Below are positions 64,000 through 64,000 of a DNA stretch of 64,000 nt, piece by piece. Every line of letters starts with the position of its first letter. Position 1 is the stretch's first letter. The position numbers were made by a program, and so were the translations under genes. The stretch spans positions 1-64,000 of the forward strand of contig NIVC01001879.1 of assembly GCA_002269645.1 (NCBI GenBank), in the 5' to 3' direction. The notes under the pieces were generated by a model. It was not told the origin of the DNA and searched no databases. It saw only the letters and a program-made list of their open reading frames with translations. Origin of the DNA: Macrostomum lignano (Eukaryota).

Positions 64000-64000
64000 A

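Overview
This is animal genomic DNA with GC-rich exons and minisatellite-packed introns. The style suggests a flatworm such as Macrostomum, but that is inference only. At 1-~5160 (+) lies a two-ORF Penelope-like retroelement (PLE). It has an indel-disrupted ORF1 with an Ala/Ser VNTR linker and an SGNH/esterase-fold domain, and an RT + Cys-linker + GIY-YIG ORF2. An A_AAA_AAC-UGA slippery-site-like junction joins the two ORFs, and a minimal hammerhead ribozyme sits in the 3' region. Host genes were reconstructed by hand from splice sites: ARHGAP39-like MyTH4-RhoGAP (last two exons, +), complete 10-exon CRACR2A/Rab46 (+), complete 4-exon quiver/sleepless-like Ly6 GPI protein (+) and 6-exon CARS1 (-). 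ALYREF (-), RPS15 (-) and the Lys-rich 3' end of a further gene (-) follow. These last four genes form a tight head-to-tail, operon-like cluster. About 30 distinct micro/minisatellite arrays account for most of the long low-complexity ORFs in the supplied track, which are not real genes. No tRNA, rRNA or CRISPR was found. Coordinates were counted manually, and array edges are approximate.
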